In this document: in pieces, positions 12,584 through 25,945 of the stretch
How the letters are laid out: the number at the start of each line of letters is the position of its first letter
Position numbering within the stretch: position 1 is the first letter of the stretch
DNA from: Camelus dromedarius
Taxonomy: Eukaryota
NCBI RefSeq assembly: GCF_036321535.1
Contig: NC_087437.1
Span: forward strand, 23,438,001-23,502,000
Length of the DNA: 64,000 bases
Direction of reading: 5' to 3'
Position numbers and translations under genes: made by a program
Notes under the pieces: generated by a model
The model's database searches: none
What the model was told of the DNA's origin: nothing
Seen by the model: only the letters and a program-made list of their open reading frames with translations

Positions 12584-15159
12584 AAAAATAGTGGATCCAG
12601 AGTGTGAATCAGGAAACATACATAAAGAACAGGCTGCCAAATTCAATACGATCAACTGAGAAGCAAAAATAACAAGGAAATCAACCTTCAGTTCACAAAT
12701 CCAAGAATTCTTATGGACAAGAGAAACCATACTTTGGTTTGAAAATCAGAGGCTGAAAGACAGTCAATGTGGAAAACAAATAAGAAAAATGAAGCAATGA
12801 GTTATGGAGCAGCAGATAAATGTCCAGATATGGCCGTGTTTTGTTTGGTTCCTCTGAGCATAGTAGGAACAGAAGTCAAAATTCATAGCTGGATTTGTAA
12901 ACAACACGTGAGCATGAGCCTTGAATCTACTTAGAATCTTGTTTCTTTTAGGTTGGGGATTCTATGTGACTATTGCCAATCCTTTAGGATGCTGGAGTTC
13001 TGTAAATTGGGCTCCAGTCCCATTTACTTAATAGTAAATTGGAGTAGATTTTGTTATTTAATGATAACCATTTCCCACCTGCCTGATACTTCCTTCTTCC
13101 AGATTCTACTCTGATTTGTTTCACATTATCTAATGGAAACCTCATATAACCCTTGCTGACGTTCTCTGAGAATGACCAAAGCTTGCTTGAATCTCTACCT
13201 AGTACCATACTCTAGACTATGCTGTACCTAACTGACTATTAGACAGATACTGGATCTACCTTTCAGTACCTGTTCCCCTGTGGTAATATATCAGGGTTCT
13301 ATGTCCCACCCCTTAATTGGTCAACTAAGAACCACTGATGAGAGAAATTTCTCTTCCTAACTGCCTGTTAGGGTGACATAAACACTCACAGAGTAACCTG
13401 CTACCTCCAGACACAAAGACTTAACCGTAAGAGAAACTTTGTTGCAAAGAGCAAGTATTTTTTAAAATGACTTGATGTCTTAGCTTAAAGGACTGTAAAA
13501 TAAAACAGAACTAAAATGTAAGTTTGCATGCCATCAAAAGGATCGTGACTTAAGGTCCCACCTAAAGGTAACCATGTGGTTTGGCAAAGTAATGGGGAAT
13601 CTGCCATCTTACTAGGTTTCTGTGCACGTGGTAGTGATTGGACAGCCCTGTTGCTCAGCCATGTGGCAGAATCTTTTATCCAGCCTTCGTCTGGAGTTGA
13701 ACAAGGCTTCAAGAGCTGTTCACCAATTTTTACATGGTTTTCCCAGAATATAGCCTGTCTGTATCAGACACTCCTGGGTTTTAAATGTGCATCCAAAAGT
13801 ACTCTTTTTTTTTTTTTAAACTTGATTTTATCAACTGCCTCACCTCTAGACAGAACTGGTCTAAAATTAGATTTGAAAAGTCATTGATCTCTTTTAAACA
13901 TGTTTGTTTTGGTTTTAGTCACCCCTACTCAGTTAGAGAGGTTATCTTTTCATGTGGGATTGTCTTCAGAATCCCCACTTCCTCTTTTGAGTTTCAAATT
14001 AAGTACCTTTGTTTTATACCAAACTTCTTCTGATAGCTCTTTATGCCAATAAAGAGGAGCAGATGAGCTGATTCAGCTAGAGTCTTCCACCAGTATGGTG
14101 TAGGATCAACATGGCGCAGGATCTGGTTCTTAATATTTCAGGTTGAGAAAAATAACTATGTCCTTTTATAGTTCTTCAGTCTGTGGGAGATAAGTTCATA
14201 GCAATGTAATGGACCAAAATGACACATCATTAGGTCATTTGGCTCAAGAACTAGGACTATTCCCCTGCAAAGAACTCTTCCTTCTGCCAGTCAGGAGACT
14301 AAATTACAAATCTGAACATGGCATTATGAGCATGGAACAGGGCAACAGATGCTGGATGTGCTCAAAGTATTTTTATCAAATTATAGAACATAAGTGACTT
14401 TTCCTGAATCATATGAAAAATGTTCACGATGAAATAAAGTTGATCTTTTGAGATCAGCCATTAAAATTCTCTACTGAACAAGAGGAAATAATTTAATTCT
14501 CCATCTTTTAAATTTCTCATTTTAGATTTCATTTAGACTATATTAGAAATGTTATGGCAGCACATTTCTTAATTCATGCATTTGAATATGATAGAGTTTT
14601 GGGGGTGACACGTCTTCTTGGTTAGATTCGGGGGATATTTGGGTCCCAGTACATTTATAAACCTTCCCTTTGCAAATGTGAGTATTGCTTATTTTACTTT
14701 CAGGAGGTTATATTTGTCTGAAATTGTCCCCAGTTCCTGAAAATTAACATTATAATCCTTATCACACATAACATATTTCACCCTCTAAAGAAGGAAAAAT
14801 TGTATATGATGGCCACTTCCAAGGTAACCTATCAATTCATCGTATGTTTAGTTTTTCACTTTAAAAAGTAGTCTGCCTTGAAGTTTAAAGTGTACTGGCT
14901 TCACTTCTCAAAAAGAAAATGCAGTGCTCTGGCAGATTTAGAAGTCTTTGCCTCTGTGGCTTATCAGCACATGGCAAAATCTGAAACTGAATATTCTAAT
15001 CCAAGCTTTAGGTCATTCTTTCAAAAATACACAGTCTATGTACACAATCTCAAATGTTCTTATGGGATAATTTAGAAGTGATTTAAAAATTATCAGACAA
15101 CAAAACATTAGATTAACAAACACCCTGTTAATAACTTGACAGAAGGATCCATTACTGCA

Positions 15160-15388
15160 CGCAGACATAGAGAACAGTCTCATGGTTACTGGGGGCCGAG
15201 GCAGTTGGGAAGGGATAAATTGAGAATTCGAGAATTGCGCCTCTTGGGGAGTGATGGAAGTGTTAACTATTGTGATTGTGGTGGTGGTTTCATGGGTGTC
15301 TACATCTATCAAAATTCATCAAACTGTACATCTGAAATATGTGCAGTTTACTGTACAGGAACCATACCACAATAAAGGTATTAAAAAA
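15160..15388 (+). mobile_element. L1 3'UTR fragment(s)
   Basis: 'cagacatagagaacagtctcatggttac' followed by an L1M-type tail 'gtgatggaagtgtt...aaattcatcaaactgtaca...aataaag'. Confidence 0.75.
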
Positions 15389-16032
15389 TGCTGTGTAGTG
15401 GTATGTGCTCCAGCCGTATTGCAGAGACTTAAACGCTCTCTTACTTGATTAAGCACATTTTTTAAAATGTCATCTGTTTTTCCAATCCATAGGTGATTAT
15501 TTAAATGTATTTTAGGCATATGAATTTTTTCTACCTAGATCTATATTCATTGAGATGAAAATGTTGGCAGCTTGTAAGTAAACAATTTAGATATGCCAGG
15601 TGCACTGATACTTTATCATGAAGTAGAGATGTTTGGTACCTTTGCTGCAATTTTTATGAGATTTGGAGAAAAATGGAATATTAAGTATTAAACATAAATT
15701 AAATCTGAGCATTTTCTGTAATCTTTTTCATTCTTGCACAGTTTTGGTGATTGGCCTTATTTTAATATGAACCACCTGGGGAACAGTAGTGCACATATAT
15801 CTTGACAAACAAAATATGAAGCCTTATTTCATTAGCCCCACCTGTTCTTAGGCACTAAATTGCTTTCCATTTACCAAAGACCGTCTGAAATAATTTATAT
15901 GAGTTTTTTGCAAGGTGCTTTTTACATTTTTGTTCATTATTCTTGTAATCATGGTTATATTTCTAAATCAGAGGGAGGAATAGACAGCATTCACTTATAT
16001 ACTTGATTATTTGGGTATTAATACCTAGTAGT

Positions 16033-16523
16033 TGTCAAAAGCAGAAGAATTTGAGATTATACCCTGCTTTTAAGCTAACAAGCTATCCTGCATCAATTTC
16101 TTGGATGTTGGTAGAAGACATGATACTCTTGGGTCAGAGACAAAGGACTTTATTTCTTACGGCACAGCAAGCAGCTTAAGCTTCCTGTTTGCTTCAGTTC
16201 CCCTTGCCCCCAGGTTCCATAATGGCACAGTGGATGCTATACACACAGTGGTTTTGCACTGCAGCTGAGGAGGCTGAAGCTTAGGCTGTACAAATGTTTT
16301 ATAAAGCAAACCTCTCCAAACTCGTCCCTGCAGGCTCACATTAGCTTTGATACACAGGCTGTAAACACACCTGTGCTCTTCTCTGGGGGAGCTACTATCT
16401 ATATCTTCTAAGGCTGTTCCTTCTACAAACATCCTTGAAAAATAATCTGGAAAAAAAAGATGTCCATGCTTTTGCTAGATGTGCAAGAAGAACAAGAAAC
16501 ACATGGAGAATTGCCTCCCAACC
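16033..16523 (-). mobile_element. ERVL-class solo LTR (MER74/LTR53-like)
   Basis: Starts TG; 'gggtcagagacaaaggactttatt' and end 'catggagaattgcctcccaac' match recalled family motifs. Confidence 0.6.
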
Positions 16524-16592
16524 ATACTTTATAGAGATATATATTTTTTATGATACCTAATGACCAAAAGACTTTTATTTTAGATATAACAC

Positions 16593-17051
16593 TGAGAGAC
16601 TGAATATTTAAATGAACAATGGTCAGACCATATATGAAAATACTTCTTCTCTCTGGCCCCCAACCTCTGCAACAACCAGCCTTGGAAGCCAAACCACAAC
16701 TTCTATATAAAAAAGCCCCAGATGGACAGGACTTGGTCAATGGCTGCCAGCTTTCCTGTTTTGCCTCCTGCTCCCTACTCAGGACCAACTAGAGAAAGCC
16801 AAATATATTCCCCAAACCTACCACGCAAGGGACACTGCTTCTGGTAAGCCAGTCTCCAGCTTCCTCCACCAACAACCTCCAGTCAGGCATACTGAAAGCC
16901 TTTCCTTTCTTTTTTCTTTCCACTATAAAACTTTTTTCATTCCCCCACCTGCCTTGAGTCTCTGCCAAACACAGGCGATGGACTGACTCTCTTGTGATAG
17001 CAAGTTCTGAATTGCCTGTTTTTATTTTAATGGTTTTCATTTATTTCCATA
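16593..17051 (+). mobile_element. ERV1-class solo LTR (MER110/MER90/MER67-like)
   Basis: 'caacctctgcaacaaccagcc', TATA 'cactataaaa', 'gagtctctgccaaacac'. Confidence 0.6.
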
Positions 17052-19099
17052 ATATACATATTTAAACAAGTATGAGAATTAGAACTAGATCCAACAACAG
17101 TTTAATTTCTATAGAAGACACCAAATTAACACATTATGGCTGTATGTATGTGTGTTTTAAAAGATCTGACTAGAATTCAGGGAAAAAATCTAATCTAAAT
17201 GGTAGAATCTTTGGGATTTGTATGTATTTTTGATGTAGTGTTCAACATTAATGAAAAAAGCAAAATCTAAGTTTTCTTAAATTATAGATTCAGTCTCTAG
17301 ATACTTATAAAATGCCATGTAGCTAGAGATACTATGAATAGCTTTAAAAAAAATCTCTGTACCATATAAATATTTAAAATCTATTAAAATTATATTGCTT
17401 TTATAACCTTACTATCCATTAAATGGTTTAGATGAGATAACCTTCTATGCTGTTGTTTTTTAGCACAAAGGAAGAAGGAATTTTGCAAGCAGTAGCTGGC
17501 CTTATCAACACTGGTGACATTTTGCATCACATGAAGAACCCTTAAAGAACGTGCAAACTGAAAGGTAAAAGATCCCAAAATTTAAAAATACACCCTTACT
17601 CTAAAGACCAAGGAAATGTGGTACAGAATTTGCTGCTTTTTATATTTTGGCTGTGCCTGGCAGATATTAGCATGCTTGTTGAATAGATGAGTGAAAATAT
17701 ATTTAGAAGCAGAGCTTCACTTTGTCCTTGGAACCCTGTCCACTGAGAAAGGAAGGAGGAGGCAAGTAGCTGGGGATTAGTACCTTATCTGTAGCCCTTT
17801 GACGCCTGTATGCAGTTCAGTGACGATTTTGTAGATATCGAGATCACCTCTGTTAAGCACAAACACAGATAACTTCACTCTGTCATCTATAAATGCTCCC
17901 ACCCACAAGGAAACATTTCCAAGGGAAAGTGAAGCTACCAGAATAGTTGAGCTAATTACACTCTCAGAATAATGGCGTTCTAGCTATGCGTCAACGAGAA
18001 GTGGACTGATGGGGATGATTAGAATGGCTCTTGCTCATACTTTAGAAAACCCGAAGAAATGATAGAGAGCTTAGAAATAAAGACCACATGAAGAACCAAA
18101 TCCATAGCACTTAGACATGCAGTGATCAGCCTCAGACTTACTGTTAAGCAGCCCATTTCATATTCACACAAGTTTAAATATTAAAATTATCTGCCTGACA
18201 ATGAGGAAAAACGGTCCATTCTATTGTAGTCACCCCTGTTCTTGCCCTGTAGGTAGATGCAGTTATTCTTAAAAAATACTAAAAACAAAAAAATCTGACA
18301 GGCCTTCCCTGTATTATCTTTAAGTTCCAGAATAAGCATGCCTGATTATCTTGACCAGTCTCTTTGATGGCCACTTTCTAAATCTCTGAGCATCTAGATT
18401 GTCTTCTTTTGGATTCCATTTATTTGTAAGGCATTCTTTGAAAGGACAGTGCTACACTTGAATGTGATCTTCCAGAGGGAACTGATTAATTCATAACTTA
18501 ATGGGACCACTATCACTCTTGGTATGAACGTTCTACATATGAATATGTATATATTAGCATTTTGGGAAGTGAACAAGTAACATTCCAGATTTATTTGTTA
18601 AGCTAGATCATTTGTCCTATATTTATTCAATAGATCCTTTAAATCTGCATCTTGAAATTACATTTTTTCAGATTATGTATCATTTTTTTGGTCTGAATCC
18701 TGACTCTTGTCATGGTCAGTATCTCCTGTCATTTACTCAATGGACTCTCCCTCTTAGTTTATGTGCCACCTAGTAACTAAATGATAACCTCATTTCCTTA
18801 TTTTCCTATAAATTACTGATAAAGTTGTAGAAAGTAATAGGATACTATACACCGCCCTGAGGTACCACCTCAGTTGGCTGCCACCTAAGTAGCACTAACC
18901 TTATACCTCCCAACTCCACCCCTAGCTTTCATAGAGAGAACAGGGGCCTGTGATTGGAACCCCATGGTTGACATGTGGAAGGAAAGGGCTCTTCTGCAAG
19001 ACAGGAGTTACGTACATTTCTTAAAAAATGGAGAAGAATCACTTTGAACTACTCACAAAACAAGGATAGTTCTATGTCTAACTTAGGTTCTGAAAAGAA

Positions 19100-19440
19100 T
19101 GGTGATACGCCAAGATAAGGTAGATGCTCTTGAGTTTGGGGAAATACAATGAGTTCAGCATAATTCTTGTTGAGTTTTAGTAAAATTTTATATCTAGGCC
19201 CCTTAGGCAGCTGGGTCTATAGAATGAGCAATGTGTGTGAGACTTAACCTAAAGCAGTACATTGAGTCATCAGTATGAAAGTAATGACCGGCCTATAGGA
19301 ATGAGTGAGATCAGAGAGGAGATACTGGGAGATAAAACTGACAGAAGTTGTTTCATTTGAGAAGAATCCTGAGAAGCAATGTCTCGGTACTGATTATGGA
19401 CAGCCAGTGATGGAACTGGATGTGATAACATAGGAAAGGA
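19100..19440 (-). mobile_element. L2 remnant
   Basis: 'atgagttcagc...ttgttgagtttt...aggcagctgggtctata...gagtgagatc' antisense L2 motifs. Confidence 0.45.
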
Positions 19441-19559
19441 CTGAATGATTCCTCCCCTGGCTTGCCTGAAATAATATCACACAGGGTCTCTGTTAGAGGC
19501 TGTGACCTATAGTGTAGACAAAGATGGCTGTTTCTGTATCAAGGAAATCTTTGAAACTC

Positions 19560-20200
19560 ACCTAAAACATACCTAAAGTCATTTGACCTTTTTCCTCCTC
19601 ACTGGGCTTCTGACTTCCATTCGCTTTCTGCAATAGCTCGGTCTCCACACAGAAGTAAGAGTGATCTCCTAAAGATGAATACTAGTTCAGACAGTGATAA
19701 ATAAAACCAAAAAATTAAACCCAGACACCCCCCACCCCCGCCCTGTGTCTGCTAAGTCTTTGCACAGCCAATTCCTGCCTATCTCTGGGGTGCATTTTAT
19801 AGCTTCTCCCGTTTGCTCACTGGGCTCAGCTACCTACTCTACTTTCTCTGAGTAGACGTAGAGGCTTTGCTTGGCTTAGCACCTTTGCCCTTCCATAAAT
19901 CTGACTCATCAGGCTTGGCACATGGCTGGGCTCCTTTTTATGTTTAGCCTCTCTACCCATCCTCCAGCCACTCCTTCTCCTCGTTGCTTCCCATCACATA
20001 ATTGTATTTAATTTCCTTGTAGCATTCAGCAGACATTGAGCTTACTTTTTTCATTTATTTATTCTGTATGTATTTTCTTCCTATGCTCAGTAAAATACAA
20101 GTTTTCAAAGGCAATGCCCTGCTTTTCTTTTTCTCCTCTGTATCCACCACATCTGTACTAATATCAGGAGATGATCAATAGTATGTATTGAATTTTTCAT
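19560..20200 (+). mobile_element. L2 remnant
   Basis: Pyrimidine-rich L2 3' body ending 'tctgtatccaccacatct...atcaatagtatgtattgaat'. Confidence 0.6.
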
Positions 20201-20421
20201 CCATGTAATCATTCACTAACAATATGAGAAGTCCAAGTCTGGGTACCAAATATCCATTTTACAATGTCCAACATGTTTTACATGTTCTGTAGGAATACAG
20301 TTTTACAATTACATAGCAGAAAGTAGGTGACATAATGGAAAAAAAATATGAATTTTAGCATCAGACAAAACTAGATTTAATTTTCAGTTCTATTGACCAT
20401 CTGAGGTAAACATTTTTAGTT

Positions 20422-20600
20422 TTAGAAGTCAAGATGGCATTTAAATTTGAGGCAAGAAAGAAGGTAGTGATTGGAAAGGGCATGAAAGGGGATTCTGGGA
20501 GATATGTAATGCTTTATTTCTTCATTTAGGCAGTGGTTACACAAATGTGTTCACCGATAATTCATTGACTTGTAACCTTGTGCAATTTTACAAATTATTT
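20422..20600 (+). mobile_element. L1ME-type 3'UTR fragment
   Basis: 'agaagtcaagatgg...gattggaaagggcatgaaaggggattctggg...gtggttacacaaatgtgttcac'. Confidence 0.7.
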
Positions 20601-21799
20601 TATAGCAAGTATCATATAACACATATTATATAAATTATATGTATGTAATTCCAAAAAAAGTATTGCATATTATATATAGTTAAATATACATACATTATGT
20701 GTGTATTTATACATAATTAATTGTATGTATAAAGTCTTTAAATTAAAATGTGTATAAAATAGTGAATTACTAGGTCCAAGGCTCTGAAAGATATATAAGG
20801 TCTTGACACATACTGCCAAATTTTCCCTCAGAAATCATTGCCAGTTTGCATGTCTGTCATTTGCTCATTCATTTACTCAACAAATGTATACTGTTTACTT
20901 ATTAATCACCATTATTAGTGAGCCCTTGATGACTCAGAATCCTTTCATTAAAGTATATCTTTATTACTTAATAGCCAAATATATAACATGTTTTGCTTGT
21001 TTATGATTAGTGAAATGGCATGATTTGTAATATTTTTTATAATTAGGCATGATTTTTAATATTTTTTCCACCGAAGTTTGTTGTTAATTATCCATTCACA
21101 CTGTGCTGTTTTGTTTTATTTTGAGGTTTCAGTTCTTTAAATATTAATTAATAATTAATTTTTGTGTTAAGTATCATCCCTAATTTTCCTTTTTATGGAT
21201 GAGGAGTCTGGTCAGAAGTTGTGGCTCCATAAAATTGCCACCAGATTTCTCCTTTCTATCTCTCAATTATGTTATACACTTTTATACAGCAAAAGATTGA
21301 AAGGGCGTGTACTAGAATATTGCTGGAAATATGATGGTACAAACACAGATAATTTGAATTTTCTTCTTTATATATTTAGTAGTTTTTTGGGTTTTTTTGT
21401 AACTCTTCCAAATTTAAGATGTACAGGGCTTATCATTAAAAAAAATGCAGCCTAAGACAGTTAATACAGGATTTGGTACATAGAATATGTTTTTTTTTCC
21501 CAACATATCACTCATTTTCTTCTTTTAATGTCTTTCTTTCCTAAATCTTCTCTATACTATAAAAAAAATCTAGGATGCCTATAATATATACTTTCTTTGA
21601 AATTCCTTTATGGAGAATATGTGCTCATCTTAGAAGACAAATGTAAAAATCTAATAGGAGAATGATGACCATAAACCCTTGGTGGCTTAGCAGTAGGAAT
21701 AGCAGTAACATCACTAGTAGTGCTGCATGCCCTTTTAGAGGCTGTTGATGGAAATTTTCACATTGTAGATTGATGATGATGACAGTTATTAAGATGGTT

Positions 21800-22030
21800 G
21801 AAAATATTTATTGACTAACAGATGTTGGTCATTCTGCTAAGCACTGTGGGTGCTTCATCTCATTTATACTCACAGCAAACCTACATTGTAGGTTTAACAT
21901 TATCCCCATTTTACAAAAAAGGAAATTAGTCTTTGTGTAGTTTGTATGATTTGTCCTAAGACACCCAACTAATAAGCGGTGAGCATGGGGTTCAAACCTG
22001 ACTACAATTTGACCCCAGGGACAAGCATTT
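21800..22030 (-). mobile_element. MIR SINE
   Basis: 'attatccccattttacaaa...tttgtcctaagacac...ggggttcaaacctg'. Confidence 0.8.
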
Positions 22031-23749
22031 ATCAGGGACAAGTACAGGCAATGACTGTGCCAGTTACCAGGAGCGTGGCAGGCCCAGCGGTGGATGAATG
22101 GTTCCTGTCCTCACAGACCTCCCAGTCTCCTAGTGGTACCAGGCGAACATGATGATCATTTTAACACAGTTTGATAAATGCTATTCCAGAGGGAAGCATG
22201 ACACTGTGGGGGCACATAGGGTCTACAGCTACTCTGTGTTAAGATTGAATAGTTTTTCTTACCCCAACCCGACAAAAGTGCCTTTTCTCATTACATAAGC
22301 AATCTAGATTCAATGAAACACATCCCAAATACCCACAGAGGTAAACTGAAGACAAAATTTAAAACAAATGAAAAGCTTATAAAACTATCACTTAGAATAG
22401 TACTATCCTTTATCAACATAGTTTTATAAAACGGGGATCAAAGAGCACAGACTTGGTGGTAACCAAGACTTCCATGGCTAGACCTTACCATGTGGCGTTT
22501 CCTCAGCCTAGAATATTCTTCCTTTTAAACTTCACCTGTCAAATTTCTGTTGCTTCTATGCTATGTTACTTAGCCTCAAAATAAATCAGGTTACTCTGTT
22601 AGGTTCATTCATACTGTAGTCAATATTTTTCATTTTTGGATGTATTAAAATTTATCATTAGAGATAGATAAATAAGCAGAGATTATTGCCTTTACTACTG
22701 ACTCTCCCTCAGTAAGTATTTTATTCATAGTTCATGATAGTGACACACGTTAGTAAAGTGATCACACATTAATGGCCCCTTAACACTGAACGTTTTAAGT
22801 TCATTGATGGGAGATTTTCCTGAAGATAATCCATAAAGAATCACTTGATAAATATTTGTTGAACTAATGATACATTATGAACATAATTTGGTTATTTTTC
22901 TACCTTAAAAAAGTCTGAATAGTGTTTATTTTGTGTTTAAAACCATAAAATATTTATTTATTCCTTACAGTTTAACAGCTGCCTTGTTGATATTTTTATA
23001 CTATCATCCTTGCTGTAGCAATAAAAATATCATACTTTTTACCCCCAAAATAAGTGCCTAGAAATAGAATTGCTATATATAAAAAGATGTATATTTGTAA
23101 GACTATTAACAAATAAAACAGTAAGAGAACATAATAGAAAAACTTTCAGAGATCAATATAATATTGAGGACAGGCCAATCATTTATTTGATGATTTAAAT
23201 TTGATTGGTCTCCTGAAAAAGCAGTCATCTCTAATTGTACCTTTATTAGCTACTTTTGTCTTGTTTTTTTTCCCTGTTTTTTGGTTGATGTCTTACTTGA
23301 GTTGAATGTACATAGATAATCCAAAGTTGATTAGTTCAAAAGTAGGAAGAGTGGCGAAGAAATAGACTTAATTATTAATGATGATTTATTTAAAACGTGA
23401 CACATTAGAGCCATCCTTATGTTTTGAAAGGATAATCCAACTTTTCTCATACCACATTATTTACAGCCTATCTATAAATCTTGATTGGTTGGTATTGAAT
23501 CTGTTTGGCATAAAGGATAGTGTTTTTGCATATCTGACAACTTAAAAGCAAAGGTTTGAGTACAGTTATAAATTATTATAACTCAATTGTAAATTAAATG
23601 GTGTCACTTACTACTTATCTTGCTTTATTGTTAACTCATGCTATGGTTGTATAACTATAAATATAATTCAGGAACACTTGTTTATCTGTGCCACCTAATT
23701 TTATACCTAAAGCATTCTACAAGATTTAATAATTTTAGAAATTTAATTA

Positions 23750-24160
23750 TGTGGTATGGATTGCTAATTTGACCCTCAGAATTCCAACCTTTTTTTCCTC
23801 TTTAGTAATAAAACTGATATTATTTGGGATGACAATGAGTACTGTTAAGAGACTAGATTTCTGTAGCTTCCTGGAACCTAGGTGTAGCTATATAACTAAA
23901 TTTTGTCATATTAAATGTAAGGAAAAGTATTGTCTATGACTTCTGGTAATTGTCCCTTTCCCTTTGTTTCTACCACTTGCTTCCTTGAGCTTAAGCAGTC
24001 ATCTTTGTTCATGAGGGGATGTTTAAAGTGGTGCCCACAGACCAGCCCTGAACTGTCTATATCTGCATTTATTTTTGTAAGAAAATACAGTTCTTTGTGT
24101 TTGAACCAATGTATTTGGTATCTTTTATATATACAGCCAAACCTAATCCCAAATACAATA
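23750..24160 (+). mobile_element. ERVL-class LTR (LTR33/LTR16-like)
   Basis: Starts 'tgtgg'; ends 'tacagccaaacctaatcccaaatac'. Confidence 0.55.
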
Positions 24161-24357
24161 TATTGATATTTATCCCAACTATCCCAAATGTACTCAGAAA
24201 CCAGATTGACACTGTCCATTGTCTACGGAGTGTTCATGAGTTTCTCAACTGTAAATCCTAAAGTAGAGGAGAGAAGATACACCTATTGTCTACAATGGCA
24301 GGTCTGATAGGAGATCCCAACAAAGTCAATGTTTTTCTTTCACTAAATACTCACTCC

Positions 24358-24903
24358 TTGTTTTAATCATCCATTACTGTGTAACAAATTACCACAAACT
24401 GGTGGATTAATGCAACATACGTTTATTATCTCTCAGTTTCTGTAGGTCAGGAGCTGGGTGTGGCTTTGGTGGGTTCCCTGCTTCAATATCTCATTTGAAA
24501 GCTGCAATCAAGGCACTTGCCTTCGCTGCAGTCTAATCTCTGAGGAGGGAATGCTTCCAAGCTGAGTGACGCCTCAGCTCTTTGTTGGCTATCAGCCAGA
24601 GGCTGACCTCACTTTATGGTTGGTTGTTGACCCAAGGCCACCCTTACTACCTTACCATGTGGACCTCCCCAACATGGCCACTTACTTTATCATAACCAGC
24701 AAGAGAGCATATCTCTAGCAAGATAGATGTTGAAATCTTATGTTGCATTATCACTGATGTGACATCCTGTCATCTTTGCTGTATTCTGTTGATTAGAAGT
24801 GAGTCACAGGTCCCATCTACACAGAACAGGAGGGAATTGCACAAAGAGATGAGTACTAGGAGGCAGGGATAAATGGCAGTCATCTCAGAGTCTGTGTGCC
24901 ATA
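24358..24903 (-). mobile_element. MLT1F/G-type MaLR solo LTR
   Basis: 'ctgtgtaacaaattaccacaaact...tttattatctctcagtttctgtaggtcaggag...gagtcacaggtcc'. Confidence 0.8.
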
Positions 24904-25751
24904 ATCCTTTGAAACACTTAAAAAATGATCCAAGACATATTTCTACTTACCTCTAATACTTATTGACCTTAGGACTTTTGCAAAATCTTATTTTGCAGTA
25001 ATTTCTGTGAATTATATTATTTCCCAAGCAGTCATGGAACCTCCTATGGCTTTGGAACAATCTGCACAATGTAAAATACACTTTTCAATGCCTTCAACCA
25101 AACCACCACAGATATTATGTCATTCTGATCTGAGTATGTTTCTCTATTGTTTACCATTGAATCTACTCAAGAAAAGGAGAAAATTGCCCTTAAATTGATT
25201 GAATCCATTTTAAGATAAATAGTAAATGTATATAGTGTGCTGTGTGAAAAAATTAATATATACATTTTCTTGTTTTATTTTTCTACAATGGTATTGAATA
25301 CAAAATATATAAGAAGACATATACTTTGCAACCAAGGTGATAATTATACACTGAAGTTAATAATGGAAGTCAAATAGAAATTTACTTTTGTTCCTGGATG
25401 AACACTAGCATTTAAATCAGAGCCTGAAGTATTATATAAATGAAGAAATATATAGTTTCTAGCATAGTTCCCAAATTTTAAGTCCCTGTTGCTGAGTATT
25501 TCTTGGCATATTTAAATTTATGAAACTGTGTTATCCTATTTAGAAAATTGGTGATAATTAGGGAAAAAAAGGATTATGGGTGTATAAAAAATTGGCAGAG
25601 TAGAAATAGAGAGCTTTGCAATGCAGCTTTGAGAGAGATAAGGAAAGCTGAGCTAAATATACTATGGACTTAGGACTGCATTCCTCACCATTATGGGGAA
25701 GGCAGCTGATCTTTCCACAGAGTTTACTGCTAGAACCTGTTAAGATCTGTT

Positions 25752-25945
25752 GGGAGGCAATGTATTATATTGTTTTCAAGGGCATATTCTGTGAAACAGT
25801 GAGTTCAACTTTTCACTGTAAATTTACTTACTGAATGACCATGGAAAGATCATTTAGTATATTTGAACCTCAATTTCCTCATCTGTAAATTGGGATTAAA
25901 ATTCATACCTCTTAGGGATGTTGTTCAGTATTCAGTGAGATAGTG
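25752..25945 (+). mobile_element. MIR SINE
   Basis: Core 'aacctcaatttcctcatctgtaaattggga'. Confidence 0.8.

Noticed and set aside
13625..13641. ER-stress element (CCAAT-N9-CCACG) on the minus strand
   Set aside because: The spacer is 5 nt, not 9.
17464..17563. Plus-strand exon-like block (ttttag|...AAG|gtaaaa)
   Set aside because: Stops in all three frames, weak donor, no recognisable peptide.
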